A stretch of DNA of 64,000 bases from Octopus sinensis. Lineage: Eukaryota. Position numbers and translations under genes: made by a program. Position 1 is the stretch's first letter, and each line of letters begins with the position of its first letter. Below the pieces are notes generated by a model that made no database searches, was not told the DNA's origin, and saw only the letters and a program-made list of their open reading frames with translations. Positions 36,331-50,439 of the stretch are shown piece by piece. The stretch spans positions 21,266,001-21,330,000 of the forward strand of contig NC_043016.1 in NCBI RefSeq assembly GCF_006345805.1. The letters run 5' to 3'.

Positions 36331-37188
36331 GCAAAGCATGAAAATAAATTGAATGATTTATAAAAATATAAAAATATAAAGTTGAAAACACAACTTATCA
36401 GTTTACCACAAACAATTCTTTCATTCATCGTTAACAATTCTTACATTTGTTGCTTACAAATTCTTGAAGTGAAGAATACTGATTCAGGATGTAGGGTAGC
36501 CAACTTATAAATGGAAAAGTAAAAATCTGCAGAAATCCTAAAACTGTGTCCTGATATAAACCTGGGAGCATCATATTTCGCTTCTAATCTTACATTGAAT
36601 ATCTATTGGTAAAACCACAAATATAACTACAATACTTGGAAAAAAGAAGTAGAAATATAAAGGGGTAGACCCTGCCACCCCTGTACTTCTATACAAGATG
36701 TACAATCCATAACAAGCATGAAAAAACAATGGTCTATTATAAAACAGCCTATTTTAAACAACGGTCTATTTTAAAACAGTCAAACTGAAAGTAAATCGGT
36801 CAACATGTCATGATAAAATCTCATCACTACAGAATAAAGCATTGTTAGGACGAATTTCCATGCTTTCATTCTTAGCAACATATTTACATTATTGTGTAGT
36901 GAGTCAAGGTGCAGATATGAGCTATCTTCTCCCCCACCAGCACCACTCTGTATCCAAGCCAGTGGGGGTGGCTGGAAAAGTTCATAATTTGATAAACTTT
37001 CATTTGAAGTTTCAAGAAAGTGAAAGAAAAATTCAACAACATCTGATAGTACTAAAATTTGGCTATAAGATACATCAACGAAAGTAGAAAAGGGGGGAAA
37101 AAGAAGAGAAAAGAGTAACTATTGTGGAAGTGTCATGATCTGAGAAAAGTGCTAAAAAAACGCTAGATCTCACATAAAATATGCTAAA

Positions 37189-37200
37189 TTGGCAACCCTG
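37189..37200 (-). mobile_element. hAT-like terminal inverted repeat (CAGGGTTGCCAA), probable 5' end of the hAT element
   Basis: Typical hAT terminus, correctly oriented upstream of the transposase; partner end not securely found. Confidence 0.55.
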
Positions 37201-37254
37201 ATATGTATATACATATATATAAATATACATACATACATCTGCATATATATATAT

Positions 37255-37444
37255 AACAATTGCAGCGTGGAAGGTGTTTATAAGCCATTTAAAAAATCCA
37301 TGCAGCACGGATTTTTGTCAGTGAACAGGTCGCGGATTTTAGCGACGAAAATATTTTGACAAATTAAACTTAAATGTTGAAGTGAATCGAACGGCTTTTG
37401 TGTGTTTCTTAAATGGCTTATAAACACCTTCCACGCTGCAATTG
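37255..37444. mobile_element. Palindromic MITE with ~45-bp TIRs
   Basis: AACAATTGCAGCGTGGAAGGTGTTTATAAGCCATTTAA and its reverse complement; second partial copy at 7273. Confidence 0.88.
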
Positions 37445-37498
37445 TTTTCGTTTCAGCACAGTATCTCAGATCAAATTACTTGCTATGCGAGTACATCT

Positions 37499-37528
<30 letters not shown>

Positions 37529-37531
<3 letters not shown>

Positions 37532-37595
37532 TCATCATCATCATCATCATCATCATCGTTTAACGTCCGTTTTCCGCGCTAGCACGGGTTGGACG
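37529..37595 (-). mobile_element. Short RTE 3' tail, CpG-rich variant
   Basis: (ATC)n GTTTAACGTCCGTTTTCCGCGCTAGCACGGGTTGG. Confidence 0.85.
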
Positions 37596-38844
37596 GGAAT
37601 ACAAATAAGAAAATGGAGAAACAAATTTGGTTTGTTCATCAAGTTATGGATATAATGTTGGATTATTTATTCATTTTACAAATGAGAACATCAAAAGCAT
37701 ACAAAAATATTATATAAATCAACAGATAAGCTAATAAGACAAATACAGATTTTAAGTCATAGTATAAATTAATGAAATCCTAAAAATTACTTCTTACAGC
37801 TGTTTCAGCCTATGGTCAAAAGTAAATTTAATTTTCATTACCTATAGATGTCAACATACTAAGGATGTAGGCATTTAAAAAATATAATACTTATATATCA
37901 AAAATATTGATATTAATATACTAAACATCATACACGATTTACTTAATATATAAAAAATAAACAATAACAAATATCCAAATCTATATCTCTTATTATAAAG
38001 GCAGATTTTACTCCTCCCTTGGGAGTTATAGAAATCTACAATATAGGATTTCTTCAATTACAATTTACCTAGCATTTTAAGAGTAGAATGCATCGGGTCA
38101 TGCCAGGTCCAGTTTTTAAAATTTAAACTCCAATTAAGCAAAATTTACAGAAAACTCACATTCTGGTGTGTATGTCAAATGCTTTTCTTAGTCTGGTTTA
38201 CAGCACACGCAAACGCACACACACATGTGCAACGAATAAAATGAAAGTAAATAGCGACAGAGTGATTTGAGGAAGACTAAACTGAAAGTATTTAAACCAC
38301 TACTTAAAAATAAAGAAACCAGCAAACAGACACAAATAATACATAACGATTTACTCCTCACACAATTTCTTCAATTAGAGTGTACCTATGATTTTCAGAG
38401 TACTTCAGTGGGTGATGCCATAAAATTTCTTTCAATTTTACCACCAATAATAAGACAAAATTCGAGAAAACTCAATATTTTAACATATCACTCCGAAAGC
38501 ATTGATGTACATGTGTGCGTGCGTGAGTGTGTGTGTGTCATTCCTCACCACCACGCATACACATACCTAACAACTACATACAACTACATACAAACACGTG
38601 TGTGTTTGTTATTAGTAAAAAAGGCGCCAAAACACAAACTCACTTATCATTCCAACAACATTACTAAGACACACGGACGGACAGAAAAGGTAAATTGGTT
38701 TTTATTTTACTCTGTATATATTTTATTATATAATATTATATATAGATTATGTATATATAATTGCAGTATGAAACAGTGTTATGTATAACAGACGACACTT
38801 ATATATAGTTATATAATAAGAGATTAATAAATGTTGCATCCGTT

Positions 38845-39150
38845 TAACCCTTTCGTTACCAAGCCGCCCGAATTTACCTATTCATATTTAAATGAGAATA
38901 TCAGAGCAAATCTCTTTAGTACATTCGTGAAAACACGTATTATACTTCGTAAACACTTCAACTACAGTTTGTACAAAATCGAAGTGTAATTTTAATTCCG
39001 TGAATTATGGGAGATTTTTTTCCGAAATTTGTTCCTATTGTGTTTCAAATTTGTAATTCTGAGAAAAAATGGATACGAATTTCATTATATCAAGCAGCGA
39101 GTCAGAATTCGAAGGATTTTCTACTGAAGACCTTCATAAATCTAACTCTA
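38845..39150 (+). mobile_element. piggyBac-like left end with acidic transposase N-terminus
   Basis: TTAA-CCCTTTCGTTACC terminus; MDTNFIISSSESEFEGFSTEDL. Confidence 0.55.
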
Positions 39151-39216
39151 TGACTGAAAAAAAAAAGCATCTTTATATAAGAGTGAAGTTGTGTGTCTGT
39201 CTCCTACGATTTAGAT

Positions 39217-39316
39217 NNNNNNNNNNNNNNNNNNNNNNNNNNNNNNNNNNNNNNNNNNNNNNNNNNNNNNNNNNNNNNNNNNNNNNNNNNNNNNNNNNNN
39301 NNNNNNNNNNNNNNNN
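39217..39316. other. Assembly gap (100 N)
   Basis: Run of N. Confidence 1.
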
Positions 39317-40360
39317 CAGAAGGAACGCAGAAAGAAACAAGGAGTGAAAATAAAGAATGTATAGTGGTTAGTGATCTATCATGGTGAATGCCAGACAGAT
39401 GGCCACACAGGAGAGTAGAAAGGATAGATAATAAAGTAGTGGTGATCTCAAAATGAAGGTGCGCCTTTGTGTGTATAATATTGTATGTATGTGCATGTAG
39501 AAGAGGGCTGGTGACCTTGACATGTGTGTGTGTGTAGGTGTGTCGATGTGGGGCTGGGAAGTGTGCAGTGCTAGTGTGTAGGTGGTGGTGTGATGTGATG
39601 TGGTATGGTGTGGTGTTGGGAGTGGGAGGCAAGAGTGGGGAAAGCAAGGGTGGGGTGTGGGTTAGACTGAGGGTGGGGGTAGAGATGAGGTATGAGAGAG
39701 TCGGTGTAAAAGATGGGGTAGGGTGCGGGTAGGGCTAACAATGACAGGTAGGAGTGAAGAGAAAAGAGCAGGGGTGAAGAGAAGTAGGGGTTGGAGCAAG
39801 AAGAGAGGTGGGTGGAAGGAATTGGGTGTGGGAGGGAGAGAGTAGAGGGGAGGAGAGTTGAGCCCATGTGGCGCAAAGGAGCAAAAAGAGAAGATTAATC
39901 CCTGTTCACGGTGCAAACAAGAATCCATATGGCACCTGTGCAAGGAGAATCCAAACACAGACAGGTGTTGCAAAGAGTGACCCGCAGAGTGGAAATGGCA
40001 CGAGACTGGGGTGTCATTGCTGAGTTGGATGTCTCAGAGGTGTTCCAGAACCGGTCAGCCAAGCAGCATCCCGTTTGACCGATGTATAGAGAAGGGCAGA
40101 AAGAGCAGGAGATGCAGTAGATAACATTGGTAGAAGTGCAAGTGAAAGAGTCGGTGATATGATAGGGTCAATGATGGGTGCCGTTGAGGAAGGTGGTGTT
40201 GCAGAGGTAAAAGCAAGTGCAGCATTGTGGGTGGGAGCAGGGAAGAGCCAGGTTGAGATTTGTTGTTAGGAAGAAGCTGTAGACCAAGATGTCTTGTAGG
40301 TTGTGGGTTCGTTTTCAAGGAGGGGAAGGGTCAGTCAGGGAAGATATGCAGAGTGGAGAT
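39317..40360 (-). mobile_element. Penelope-like remnant (GIY-YIG C-terminus and terminal region)
   Basis: QHLSVFGFSLHRCH...REQGLIFSF...PHGLN; terminal region homologous to 23890-24200. Confidence 0.75.
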
Positions 40361-40939
40361 ATACACATACATACACATATATATATATATATAATATATA
40401 TTATATAATATATATATATATATATATATAGTACATATGTATATATATACATATGTATATATATATATGTACATGTTGCTTCTATTTGTTGCCCATACAC
40501 ATGGACTTATGTGTATGAAGAAGAACAATATTGTAACAACCTTGGTCTAACTGTATGTTTTATATATATATATCTGTTTGTATTGATTGTGCTTTTAAAA
40601 TTTATAAAATTAAATCTACGGTAATGAATCTACTATAATATGTATTGTGAAGATTAAATCTAATAATATTGTTATTATTGATCATAATAATAATAATAAA
40701 ATATTGTCTATGAAGTCATGAGCATGGACGTATGTATATGTTCCAGTATATATGTATATATATGTATATGATGAATGGTCTATTTGCTTGGACCTATTGT
40801 TTAATTGTGCTTATTTATAAAATAATAATGAAATTATTGTATACAGTGCTCAGGTGCACTACAGCTTGTCAAAAAGTGCGTATAAAGTATATGCAGTAAT
40901 GTACAAATGTCTGGAAAGCGAACAATATATGAGTCAGAT

Positions 40940-41330
40940 ACATGAGTATGAGTGTATGTGTATTTATATACATGTCAAGTAACTCTAAAACTAAAAGTTC
41001 TATATACCAGTATAAAATTACTTATGGTAATGAAGTATTTTTTTATATAGGAGGTTCATCTTCTCAGTTATCTAAAAGAATTTCTAATCATTACTCTACA
41101 TTTAAGGATAGGAATAAACATAACAGTACAGGGCTTACTAAATTGATTTGGTATCTAAAAGACCACAATAAACAATTTAATTTAGATTGGTTGATTCTCT
41201 CATTTCGATAACTTATGATAAAGGCACGGAATTCTGTCTTCTCTGTAATTCTGAATTATTTTATATTCGTTTTTCTAAAAGCCTCCTTGTAAACACGGTT
41301 ATAGAGCATGCATACTAATGTAAACATCTG
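40940..41330 (+). mobile_element. Penelope-like GIY-YIG fragment
   Basis: SSIYQYKITYGNEVFFYIGGSSSQLSKRISNHYSTF...GLTKLIWYLKD. Confidence 0.85.
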
Positions 41331-41499
41331 CAGAAACACACCTTTAGTTCATATAAGTGATATCTATCATTATATATACAAAAATATATATACATATATA
41401 AACATATATATATACACATATATACATATATATACACACACACATATATATATATATACATATACACATACACACACAATAATTACAATTATCATTATC

Positions 41500-42200
41500 A
41501 TCATCCTCATCATCATTTAATGTCTATTATCCATGCTGGCATGGCTTGGTTGGTTTGACCAGGGATGGTAAGCTGAGGAGCTGCACCAAATTCCAGTCTG
41601 ATTTGGCATATTTTCTACAGCTTGATGCCCTTCCTAAGGCCACCAACTCTGGGAGTGTAATGGTTGCACTTACATTCCACTGGACTGGATGCCAGTTGCA
41701 TGACACCAGTATCTACCACATCATCATCATTATCGTTTAACATCCGTTTTCCATGCTAGCATGGGTTGGATGGTTTGACCGGGGTCTGGGAAGCCAGGAG
41801 GCTGCACCAGGCTCCAGTCTGATCTGGCAATGTTTCTACTGCTGGATGCCCTTCCTAATGCCAACCACTCTGTGAGTGTAGTGGGTGCTTTTTACGTGCC
41901 ACCGGCACAAGTGCCAGGGGAGGCTAGCAATGCCCACAATCAGTTGGTGCTTTTTACGTGCCACCGGCATGGAAGCCAATCTAGGCAGTGCTGGCATTGG
42001 TCACATACGGATGGTGGTTTTTATGTGCCAGGGTAGGCTGGCAACGGCCACGAACAGTTGGTACTTTTTACGTGCCACCGGCACAGAAGCCAGTGAAATC
42101 GGTGCTTTTTACGTGCCACTGGCACAGGTGCCAGGGGAGGCTGGCAACAGCCACGATTGACTAGTGCTTTTTACGTGCCACCAGCACGGAAGCCAAATAA
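41500..42200 (-). mobile_element. Two adjacent RTE 3' tail copies; the second carries six GTGCC-GGCAC modules
   Basis: (ATC)n tails at ~41500 and ~41720; GTGCTTTTTACGTGCCACCGGCAC-type units at about 41883, 41944, 42012, 42060, 42101 and 42163. Confidence 0.9.
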
Positions 42201-43099
42201 TTATTATTATACCTTAACACCTAATTCTGAAAGGTCTAGTAGGAATTCTTTTAACAATGAGTACTAAATGCAAATGAATAAGTGCCTGTGTAATTGTAAA
42301 AGCAAAATTGACTACCTCCTAGATTTCTTTATCATTCTAATTCATTTAAGTATAGACGGAAAGTGAATTCTGCAAATCTAAGTAAAAGCATGTGATTTAA
42401 AAAATAAAAACATTAAGTATGATTTAAAGTGGTTGTTATTAGTTACGCACCATCATACAATATTGGCAATTCTACTTGTGATCTTTGCCTTGAAGAAATG
42501 TATCTTATAATTACTTCTAAATTAATTTTATTAAATTTTAATGGGGATTTTACAAAGAAATGTTGACACAAACTGCTTTCCGTGTTATATAATTAGCACA
42601 ATTTTTTCTAAAAAAGCAAACTAAATTTCATAAATAGATAACTAATTGTCATGACATAAAATTTTTATGTTTCTAATTGTCATAATGTACAATTCTTGTT
42701 CTTATTTTATTCTTTTATTATCCAAGAGTTGAACACAAAAATTAATTTTCTTAGATTATATTTCATCTTGGTGTTTCTTTTTGTATGTGTTTGTGTACTG
42801 AAAATATTTTCTTAGTTCACTTTGAATTTAACTAATTTTGGATCACCTTGAAAACATGTTAACATATTTTCGGAAACAATTGTCAGCTTTGTGAAGTGAA
42901 TTCTACAATTAAAGAAGTGATTTTCTCAGTAAATTCTCGAAACTCTTCTGAATGGTATTTGAATCTACTTGTAATACCATTGCATTTATTGGTATCAGAT
43001 TGTTGCATATAGTTAACCAAATTCATTTAAAACTAAGTACATATCTGCCTGACATTTTAAATCCTGTTTTTTCTCTTCTGAATATATATATATATATAC

Positions 43100-46000
43100 A
43101 TGCAAGAAATAAGGTGGAGAGGAGGATCAGCTAGGTTCCTCACAGGCAAGGAACGCAGGCAGGTACAAGATTTTCTGGGCAGGGAACACTGACGGGGTTG
43201 GTGGCGTGGGTAACTTATCTCTGAGAAAATGGGTAGATAAAGTAATTGAGGTTAATCAGAGTAAGTGACAGAATACTTAAGATTAGATTAGTGCTTCATC
43301 ATAGTTTAGCAACCATTATATCAGCCTATGCTCCTCAGTCGGGGCTACCCGATGGACAGAAAGACCGATTCTATGACACTCTACTGCAGACTACCCATTG
43401 GCGAACGACAGAGACCTTATCTTTGTGGCTGGTGACTTCAATGGTCATGTTGGACGACATGCTGGGGGCTTCCATGGCGTACATGGAGGCTATGGCTATG
43501 GCTCCCGCAACGAGGAGGGAACCAGGCTGCTGGAGTTCTGCGATGCAAATAATCTTATGATTTGCAACACTAACTTCAGGAAACCTACCAGCCACCTAGT
43601 CACTTACCAATCGGGCCAACATACCAGCCAAATTGACTACATCCTTACAAGGCAAAGGGAGAGATGGCTGCTTATAAATGCCAAAACCTTCCCAGGTGAA
43701 GAATGTACCCCACAACATAGACTGGTAGTTAGTGACTTTAGGATCAGGACTAGGAGGACAACCAGAAGAAGACGACAAATATGGAGAAGAAGGATCTGGA
43801 AGCTTAAAGATCCTGCAAATGGACAGAGATTTAGGGACATATTACTTGAAGCCTCTGACGAAGTAGAAGGGGATAGAGCATCACAGGGGGTAGAAGACAG
43901 CTGGACGTTTCTAAGGGACAACCTGCTGAGAGCCACTGACCAGATCTGTGGCTGGTGCAAAGTCCCCTCTCGACCTAGAATAACGTGGTGGTGGAACAAT
44001 ATTGTAGACAGGGCTATTAGAGAAAAGAGACAGGCTTGGAAGGTCTGGAAAAATGGGGGGGTAGCAGGGAATTGTATCAGACTGCCAAAAGAGAAGCTAG
44101 GAGACAGGTTTATTTAGCCAGAGGGGAAGCAGATAAGAAAAAATTTGCCAATGTTCTGCGCCGTGAGGACCAAAGACTGGAGGTGTTTCGTGTTGCAAGA
44201 CAGTGTTTGAGAGAGAATCGTGATGTGGTAGGAGAGAAGTGTGTTCGCATGGAAGATGGTTCACTTGCGCTAAATGAGGATGGATGCGAGAGAGAGGTTG
44301 GAGATGCCACTATGAAAGGTTGCTGAATGAAGAAAATGAATGGGATAAAGAGAGTCTGCCGAATGTTGACCAAACAGAGGGACCAGCTATCCGAGTTGAT
44401 AGTTCTGTGGTAGCTAAGGCAATTAGAAGCATGAAGACAGGGAAAGCCCCAGGCCCATCAGGAATCACTGCAGAGATGCTCAAAATGTCTGGTAGTGTCG
44501 GCTATAGCCTAGTCACCCATATAGTTAATCAGGTGATACACAAGGGGTCATACCCAATGACTGGTGTAGCAGTATAATAGTCAACTGCTACAAAGGTAAA
44601 GTGATGCCCTAGATACAAATAACTACAGAGGTATCAAGCTGTTGGACCAGGTGATGAAGATTACGGAGAGGGTCATAGCCCAACTAAGAGAGAGAGAGTT
44701 AGTTTAGATGAGATGCAGTTTGGGTTTGTGCCAGGGAAAAGTACTACTGATGCTATATTCCTGGTAAGGCAGCTGCAGGAGAAATACCTAGCCAAAGATA
44801 AGCCCCTGTACCTGGCTTTTGTTGACATGGAGAAAGCCTTCGACAGGGTCCCCCGATCCCTTATCTGGTGGGCAATGAGAAAACTAGGGATAGATGAATG
44901 GTTAGTGAGAGCTGTGCGGGCCATGTATAGGGACGCCGCTAGTAGGGTGAGGGTTGGAAATGAGTACAGTGAAGAATTCCGGGTAGAGGTAGGGGTCCAC
45001 CAAGGCTCAGTACTCAGCCCCCTCCTATTTATCATAGTCCTCCAGGCAATAACGGAGGAATTCAAGACAGGATGCCCTGGGAGCTCCTCTATGCTGATGA
45101 CCTTGCTCTAATTGCTGAGTCGCTATCAGAACTGGAGGAGAAGTTTCAGGTGTGGAAACAAGGATTAGAATCGAAGGGCCTCAGAGTCAATCTAGCTAAA
45201 CCCAAAGTCGTAATCAGTAGGAAGGTAGACAAATCACAAACACCTTCAGGTAGATGGCCCTGCTCGATCTGTAGAAAAGGTGTAGTAGTAGAAACTCTAT
45301 AAGATGCACCAAGTGTAAGCTATGGACACATAAGAGATGCAGCAATGTCAAAGGAAGGCTAACTAGGAAGATGGTTTTTGTATGTGGCAGATGCTCAGGA
45401 ACAATAAACACTGAAAATGCTCTGAGACCAACTTCCGTCACTTTCCAGGGAGAAAAACTAGAAATAGTTGATAGTTTCCGTTACCTAGGTGACCAAGTCA
45501 GCAGCGGGGGGTGGGTGTGCTGAAAGTGTAACTGCTAGAGTAAGAATAGCTTGGCCAAAGTTCAGAGAGCTCTTACCTCTGCTGGTGACAAAAGGCCTCT
45601 CGCACAGAGTGAAAGGCAGACTGTATGATGCGTGTGTACGAACAGCCATGCTACATGGCAGTGGAAACATGGGCCGTGACTGCTGAGGATATGCGTAAGC
45701 TCGCTAGAAATGAAGCCAGTATGCTCCGATGGATGTGTAATGCCGGTACTCACTCGGCAGAGTGTAAGTACCTTGAGAGAAAAGCTGGACCTAAGAAGCA
45801 TCAGTTGTGGTGTGCAAGAGAGACGTTTGCGCTGGTATGGTCATGTGGCGAGAATGGATGAAGATAGTTGTGTGAAAAAGTGCCACACCCTAGCGGTTGA
45901 GGGAACCTGTGGAAGAGGCAGACCCAGGAAAACTGGGACGAGGTGGTGAAGCACGACCTTCGAACTTTAGGTCTCACTGAGGAAATGACTAGAGACCGAG

Positions 46001-46638
46001 ACCTCTGGAAGTGTGCTGTGCGCGAGAAAGACCGGCAGGACAAGTGAGTCCACAACCCGTGGCCTTCTACATGGGATGGAGCCAGCCTACGTATGCATAC
46101 CTTCCCTTCTTGGGACACAAAACTCTACTTGTGAAGACGTGTTGAGGCAAGTGAGGATCAGAATCGAAATCGATCAATGGAAATTGCGGATGTGCTACCA
46201 GTGCCGGTGGCATGTCGAAACTCTGCTTGTGAAGACCCATTGAGGCAAGTGAGGATCAGAATCGAAATCGATCAATGAAAATCGATCAATGGAAATTGCA
46301 GATGTTTACCAGTGCCGGTGGCATGTAAGAGAACTTTCCGTTTCGCGACCGTTGCCAGCACCGCCCCGTTTCGTGTCCGTTGCCAGCCTCGCCTGGCCCT
46401 CGTGCCGGGGCACATAAAAAGCACCATCCGTTCGTGGCCGTTGCCAGCTCTGTCGCACGTAAAAAGCACCCACTACACTCACGGAGTGGTTGGCGTTGGG
46501 AAGGGCATCCAGCCGTAGAAACACTGCCAGATTTGACTGGGCCTGATGAAGCCTTCTGGCTTCACAGACCCCAGTAGAACCGTCCAACCCATGCTAGCAT
46601 GGAAAACGGACGCTAAATGATGATGATGATGATGATGA
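43100..46638 (+). mobile_element. Near-complete, 5'-truncated RTE-clade LINE (APE + RT + 3' UTR), frameshifted
   Basis: APE motifs VAGDFNGHVG and SQIDYIL; RT motifs MQFGF, FVDMEKAFDRV, GVHQGSVLSPLLF, LLYADD; C-terminal CSICRKG-type cysteine motif; 3' UTR and (GAT)n tail. Confidence 0.96.
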
Positions 46639-46640
46639 TA

Positions 46641-47268
46641 CATACGCAGTGGAATCAAAATGTTCCTGGACTAGATGGTAGCACAGTTGCATTCAGAGTT
46701 AAAGCTAGCAGTGACCTTCATTGTTTATTTCACAAGTTGTGAAATTTACGATCACATGTATACTGTAGTCAGCGATTTTTTCATGGACAGTAAGTTGGAA
46801 CAAAGAACCAACATGAAATTTTATGTTAAACTTGGGAATACTGCTACAGAGACAGTGAGCATGCTTCAGCAAGCTTACGGTGATGAGGCAATGGGTCATA
46901 CATAATGTTTTAAGTGGCATGGGCACTTCAAATGCACTTGTGAGTTTTTCACCAAAAACAACATGGTATCACTTCCAAACTCACCATATTTGTCAGATTT
47001 AGCACCTGCTACCCCTTCACTTGTTCACTGCTGCCTTTATTACATATAAAGGTCGCCATTGTCAAGATCAAGAATGAATCACCGAAGGTCTTCAACTCAC
47101 TTACGGAAAATGACTTCCAAGCCAGATTCCAAAAGTGGCAGGAATACTGGGACCAGTGTACTGCTGCACAAGGCAACTATTTCAAAGGCAATGATGTTAA
47201 AACTTGGGTAAATAAGTAATTTTTTATCAAACATAACTACTCCAGGAATTTTTCGATACCACCTCCTA
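46641..47268 (+). mobile_element. Internally deleted mariner element
   Basis: EQRTNMKFYVKLGNTATET...AYGDEAM; SPYLSDLAP-like motif; ~30-bp imperfect TIRs with TA ends. Confidence 0.88.
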
Positions 47269-47914
47269 TATCATCCACCTTATGCCACAAAACATGTTAA
47301 TAAATTTGAAGAAAAGCTTAAAATAATAAAATAAGTCCTAACAAAACTAGATCAATATTATGTACCTCTGATGGACAATTTCAACTCCCTCAACACCAAA
47401 TGACCTGAGAGCAATATAATTTCAGGAATAACATACAAAGAACAGAATCAAGCAGAATTCTTAATTGATCTCATGAAACAAACAATACTACTCCTAGTCA
47501 GGAACATCTTCGGCCTCTATTTCAACCTATACATAGAACTCATCCAAAATGTAAAGGTGTCACCAATGATTTTCTCAGACATTCTAGAAGTGACAATGTA
47601 TGACCCAATACTACTTAAAGATGTATACAACAAAGGAAACATCCAAACCCTATCCAGTTTGAATTTCTATAAGGCTAACTAGAAGTCAATTGGAAATCAG
47701 ATCCTCAAACAAAATTGGCCTTAAGGTCTCTCTGTACAAGATTGTGATATGACATTCAAAGAATTTATGTTAATAATATATGCCATATATATTAAAATTG
47801 TCACAGAGAGAAGAACCAATATACATGAAAATATTATCCCATGAGACAGGAGAATCCTCTCAGACACAGAAAAAGGTCTCAAATCATTTAAATAAACTTA
47901 ATGACAGTGAGAAG

Positions 47915-48200
47915 TCCATCATCATCATCATTTAACATGTTTTCCATGCTGACATCGGTTGGATGGCTTGATAGGAACAAACCATGTTTGTTTTGGCATG
48001 GTTTCTACAGCTGGAGGCCCTTCCTAATACCAACCACTTTACAGAGTGTATTGAGTGCTTTTACACAGCACCAGTACAGGTGCTCTTCACATGGCACCTG
48101 CACCCACAAGCCTGCAAAATTAGGAATGCTCAGCTGGAGTGGAATGCAGGTGACATATCTGTATGAAAGGACAACCATGATTCACTTAGCTTGATGTCTT
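47915..48200 (-). mobile_element. Diverged RTE 3' tail copy
   Basis: (CAT)n TTAACATGTTTTCCATGC...TTTCTACAGCTGGAGGCCCTTCCTAAT. Confidence 0.8.
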
Positions 48201-48544
48201 CTCAAGCCTAAGTCCCTCCTGGAAAAAAATTCCCATAAAAAAGGGATAAAATAGAAAGCAGGACTGTTAAAAATATAAAAATGAACCCTAAGGCCTTTTA
48301 TAAATTTGCAAAATAATCTGCTTTGGTATGATACATGATAGGGCCTCAGTTTGAAGAAAATGGTTTCCTGACTGCAAGCCCTGTGAGGATAAGCAAAATA
48401 CTAAATAAGCAATTTGAAAGTGTTTTCACATCCCCACTGGAAGATATGCTAATAAGCAAGTCTTCACACTACATATCTACATGGGAAAGATACAATCATC
48501 AATTACACTGACATAAAAGAAGAGAATGTAATATCAGTTTCAAA

Positions 48545-48680
48545 TTTTGACACCAGGCCAGTAATTTCAGGGGAGGATTAAGGTGATAACATTGACCCCA
48601 GTGCTCAACAGATACTTATTTTATTGACCCCAAAGTTAACCTTAGCGAAATTTGATCTCAATACAAAAAGATAGATGAAA
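48545..48680 (-). mobile_element. Decayed tRNA-derived SINE (type 2)
   Basis: Reverse complement resembles 55375-55606 (GGGGTCAATAAAATAAGTA...CACTGGGGTCAAT). Confidence 0.6.
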
Positions 48681-48869
48681 TGTCACTAAGATTTTTCCCA
48701 GCATGTTAATGAGTCTTCCAGCCGACTAACTTAGAAAAGGATGCAATATCAGCCACAGATGATATTGCAATGGGTTCTGAAGACAAACAAGAAAACTCTT
48801 GCAAAGCCACTGCAGATGCTTTCCAAAGTTTCCTTGCATGTGGCAAACTTCTCAAAATGTTAAAAAAAA

Positions 48870-49500
48870 AAATTATGCAGAGTACATGCAAAGGTTAGAG
48901 AGTATTGAAGCTAGTATGCTCCACTGGATATGTAATGTCAGAGTACATGTTCAAGAGAAGTTAGGCATAAGAGAAACTGGATGCAGTGTACAAGAGCGAA
49001 GACTGTACTGGTTTGGTCATGTAATGCAGATAGCTCCATAAAGTGCCAATCTCTCTAAGTTAATGGAATATGTGGAAGTGGGAGACCCAGAAAGACTTGG
49101 GATGAAGTACTGAAGAATCATCTCAGAAAGCTGAATCTTTCAAACCAGATGACAAAGGACCAAGATGCCTGGCGCTTTATAGTACTCAAGAAGACCCATG
49201 CTCCACAGCAGGAGTGCTAAGGCTGGTTCCCTTAGTGGAGAGGATTGGCCTGCAAGAGTCCTGTGCCAGTGCCATAGAGAAAGCACTCATGCTGGTGCTA
49301 TTTAAAAGCACCCATGCAGTGCCACGTAAAAGTACCCAGCATACTCTGTAAAGTGGTTGGCATTGGGAAGGGCATCCAGCTGTGGAAACTATATCAAATC
49401 AGACTGGAGCCTGGTGCAACTCTCCAGATTGCTAATTCTGGTCAAACCATCCAACCCATGCCAGCATGGACAACAGATGTTAAATGATGATAATGATGAT
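48870..49500 (+). mobile_element. RTE 3' end (ORF C-terminus + tail), diverged
   Basis: EASMLHWICNV...QERRLYWFGHV; tail with CCATGCCAGCATGG and GAT repeats. Confidence 0.85.
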
Positions 49501-50439
49501 AAGAGGAAACAGAGCATATGCTAAAAATGAGACCTATTTCTCTTACCTCACATATGAAAAAAATTATAGAACACATTGTCAGAAGAAATCTGATCAAGTT
49601 CCTAGAAAATAGCTTAAACACTAGCATGCAGCATGGCTTCCCTCCATGAAGGAGCTGCCTTATACAGCGACTATGACTGAAACAACTGTTCAACCATTTA
49701 AATGTGGATGTGATATATCTCAACTCTGTCAAGGTCTTCAATAAAGTTGACCACAGAATGTCACAAACTGTGTGACTTTGATATAGCTGGAAAACTCAAG
49801 GAGAGGCTGCTTGACAGGTAGGACTCAGACAGTCTCAGCCAAAGGTGTTGTCTCTAAAGAGACACCAATTATCAGGAAATTGTACTGGGGCCACTACTGT
49901 TTATGGTGGCTCTCTCTCTCTCTCTCAGATATGCCCCAGTTATAAAGTCAGTCACTCTCACCAGCTGTGCTGGCAATACAATAGCATCATCAACAATCAG
50001 GGATCTTGATGGTAACTCAAAGCTACAGGAAGATCTGAAAGCAATATACAAGTGGGCTGAAGAGAACAACATTCAGTCCAATGCTGAGAAATTTAAAGCA
50101 GTCTGTTATCAACTCGCAAACAGATTGCAATCTGAATATACAGAACCAAAATCATTGTCTGGGTAGCCACATGAGTTAAGATGCATCATTTTGTATGCAG
50201 ATTACTATAATAGCAACAATGTGCAGACAAGTGGCTAGTTGAATTCACGTTTCACTTATGAAAGACATTAGTTCTCACCAGAATTTTCTGCTTGATGTAA
50301 TCCAAAGTTACTACATCCAGAGGGTTACCTCCATACAACAAAAGAGCTACTGCAAGAGGCTCTACTCGAGAGAGAGAGAGAGAGAGAGAGAGAGGACATG
50401 TCGCTATTCAGTTTTATTTCAAGATTTCTTGCCAATAGA

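Larger units (their letters stand above)
47280..50330 (+). mobile_element. Highly decayed CR1/Jockey-like LINE remnants interrupted by younger insertions
   Basis: NIKMNPKAFYKFAK; DVIYLNSVKVFNKVDH; VLGPLLFMV; LQEDLKAIYKWAEENN..NAEKF. Confidence 0.6.

Noticed and set aside
38160-38280. Minus-strand segment with good acceptor and GTGAGT donor
   Set aside because: Stops in all three frames; could only be a non-coding exon, which is unsupported.
41870-42200. Repeat-spacer pattern superficially like a CRISPR array
   Set aside because: Units and spacers are variable and homologous to each other, part of a LINE 3' UTR; eukaryotic context with no cas genes.
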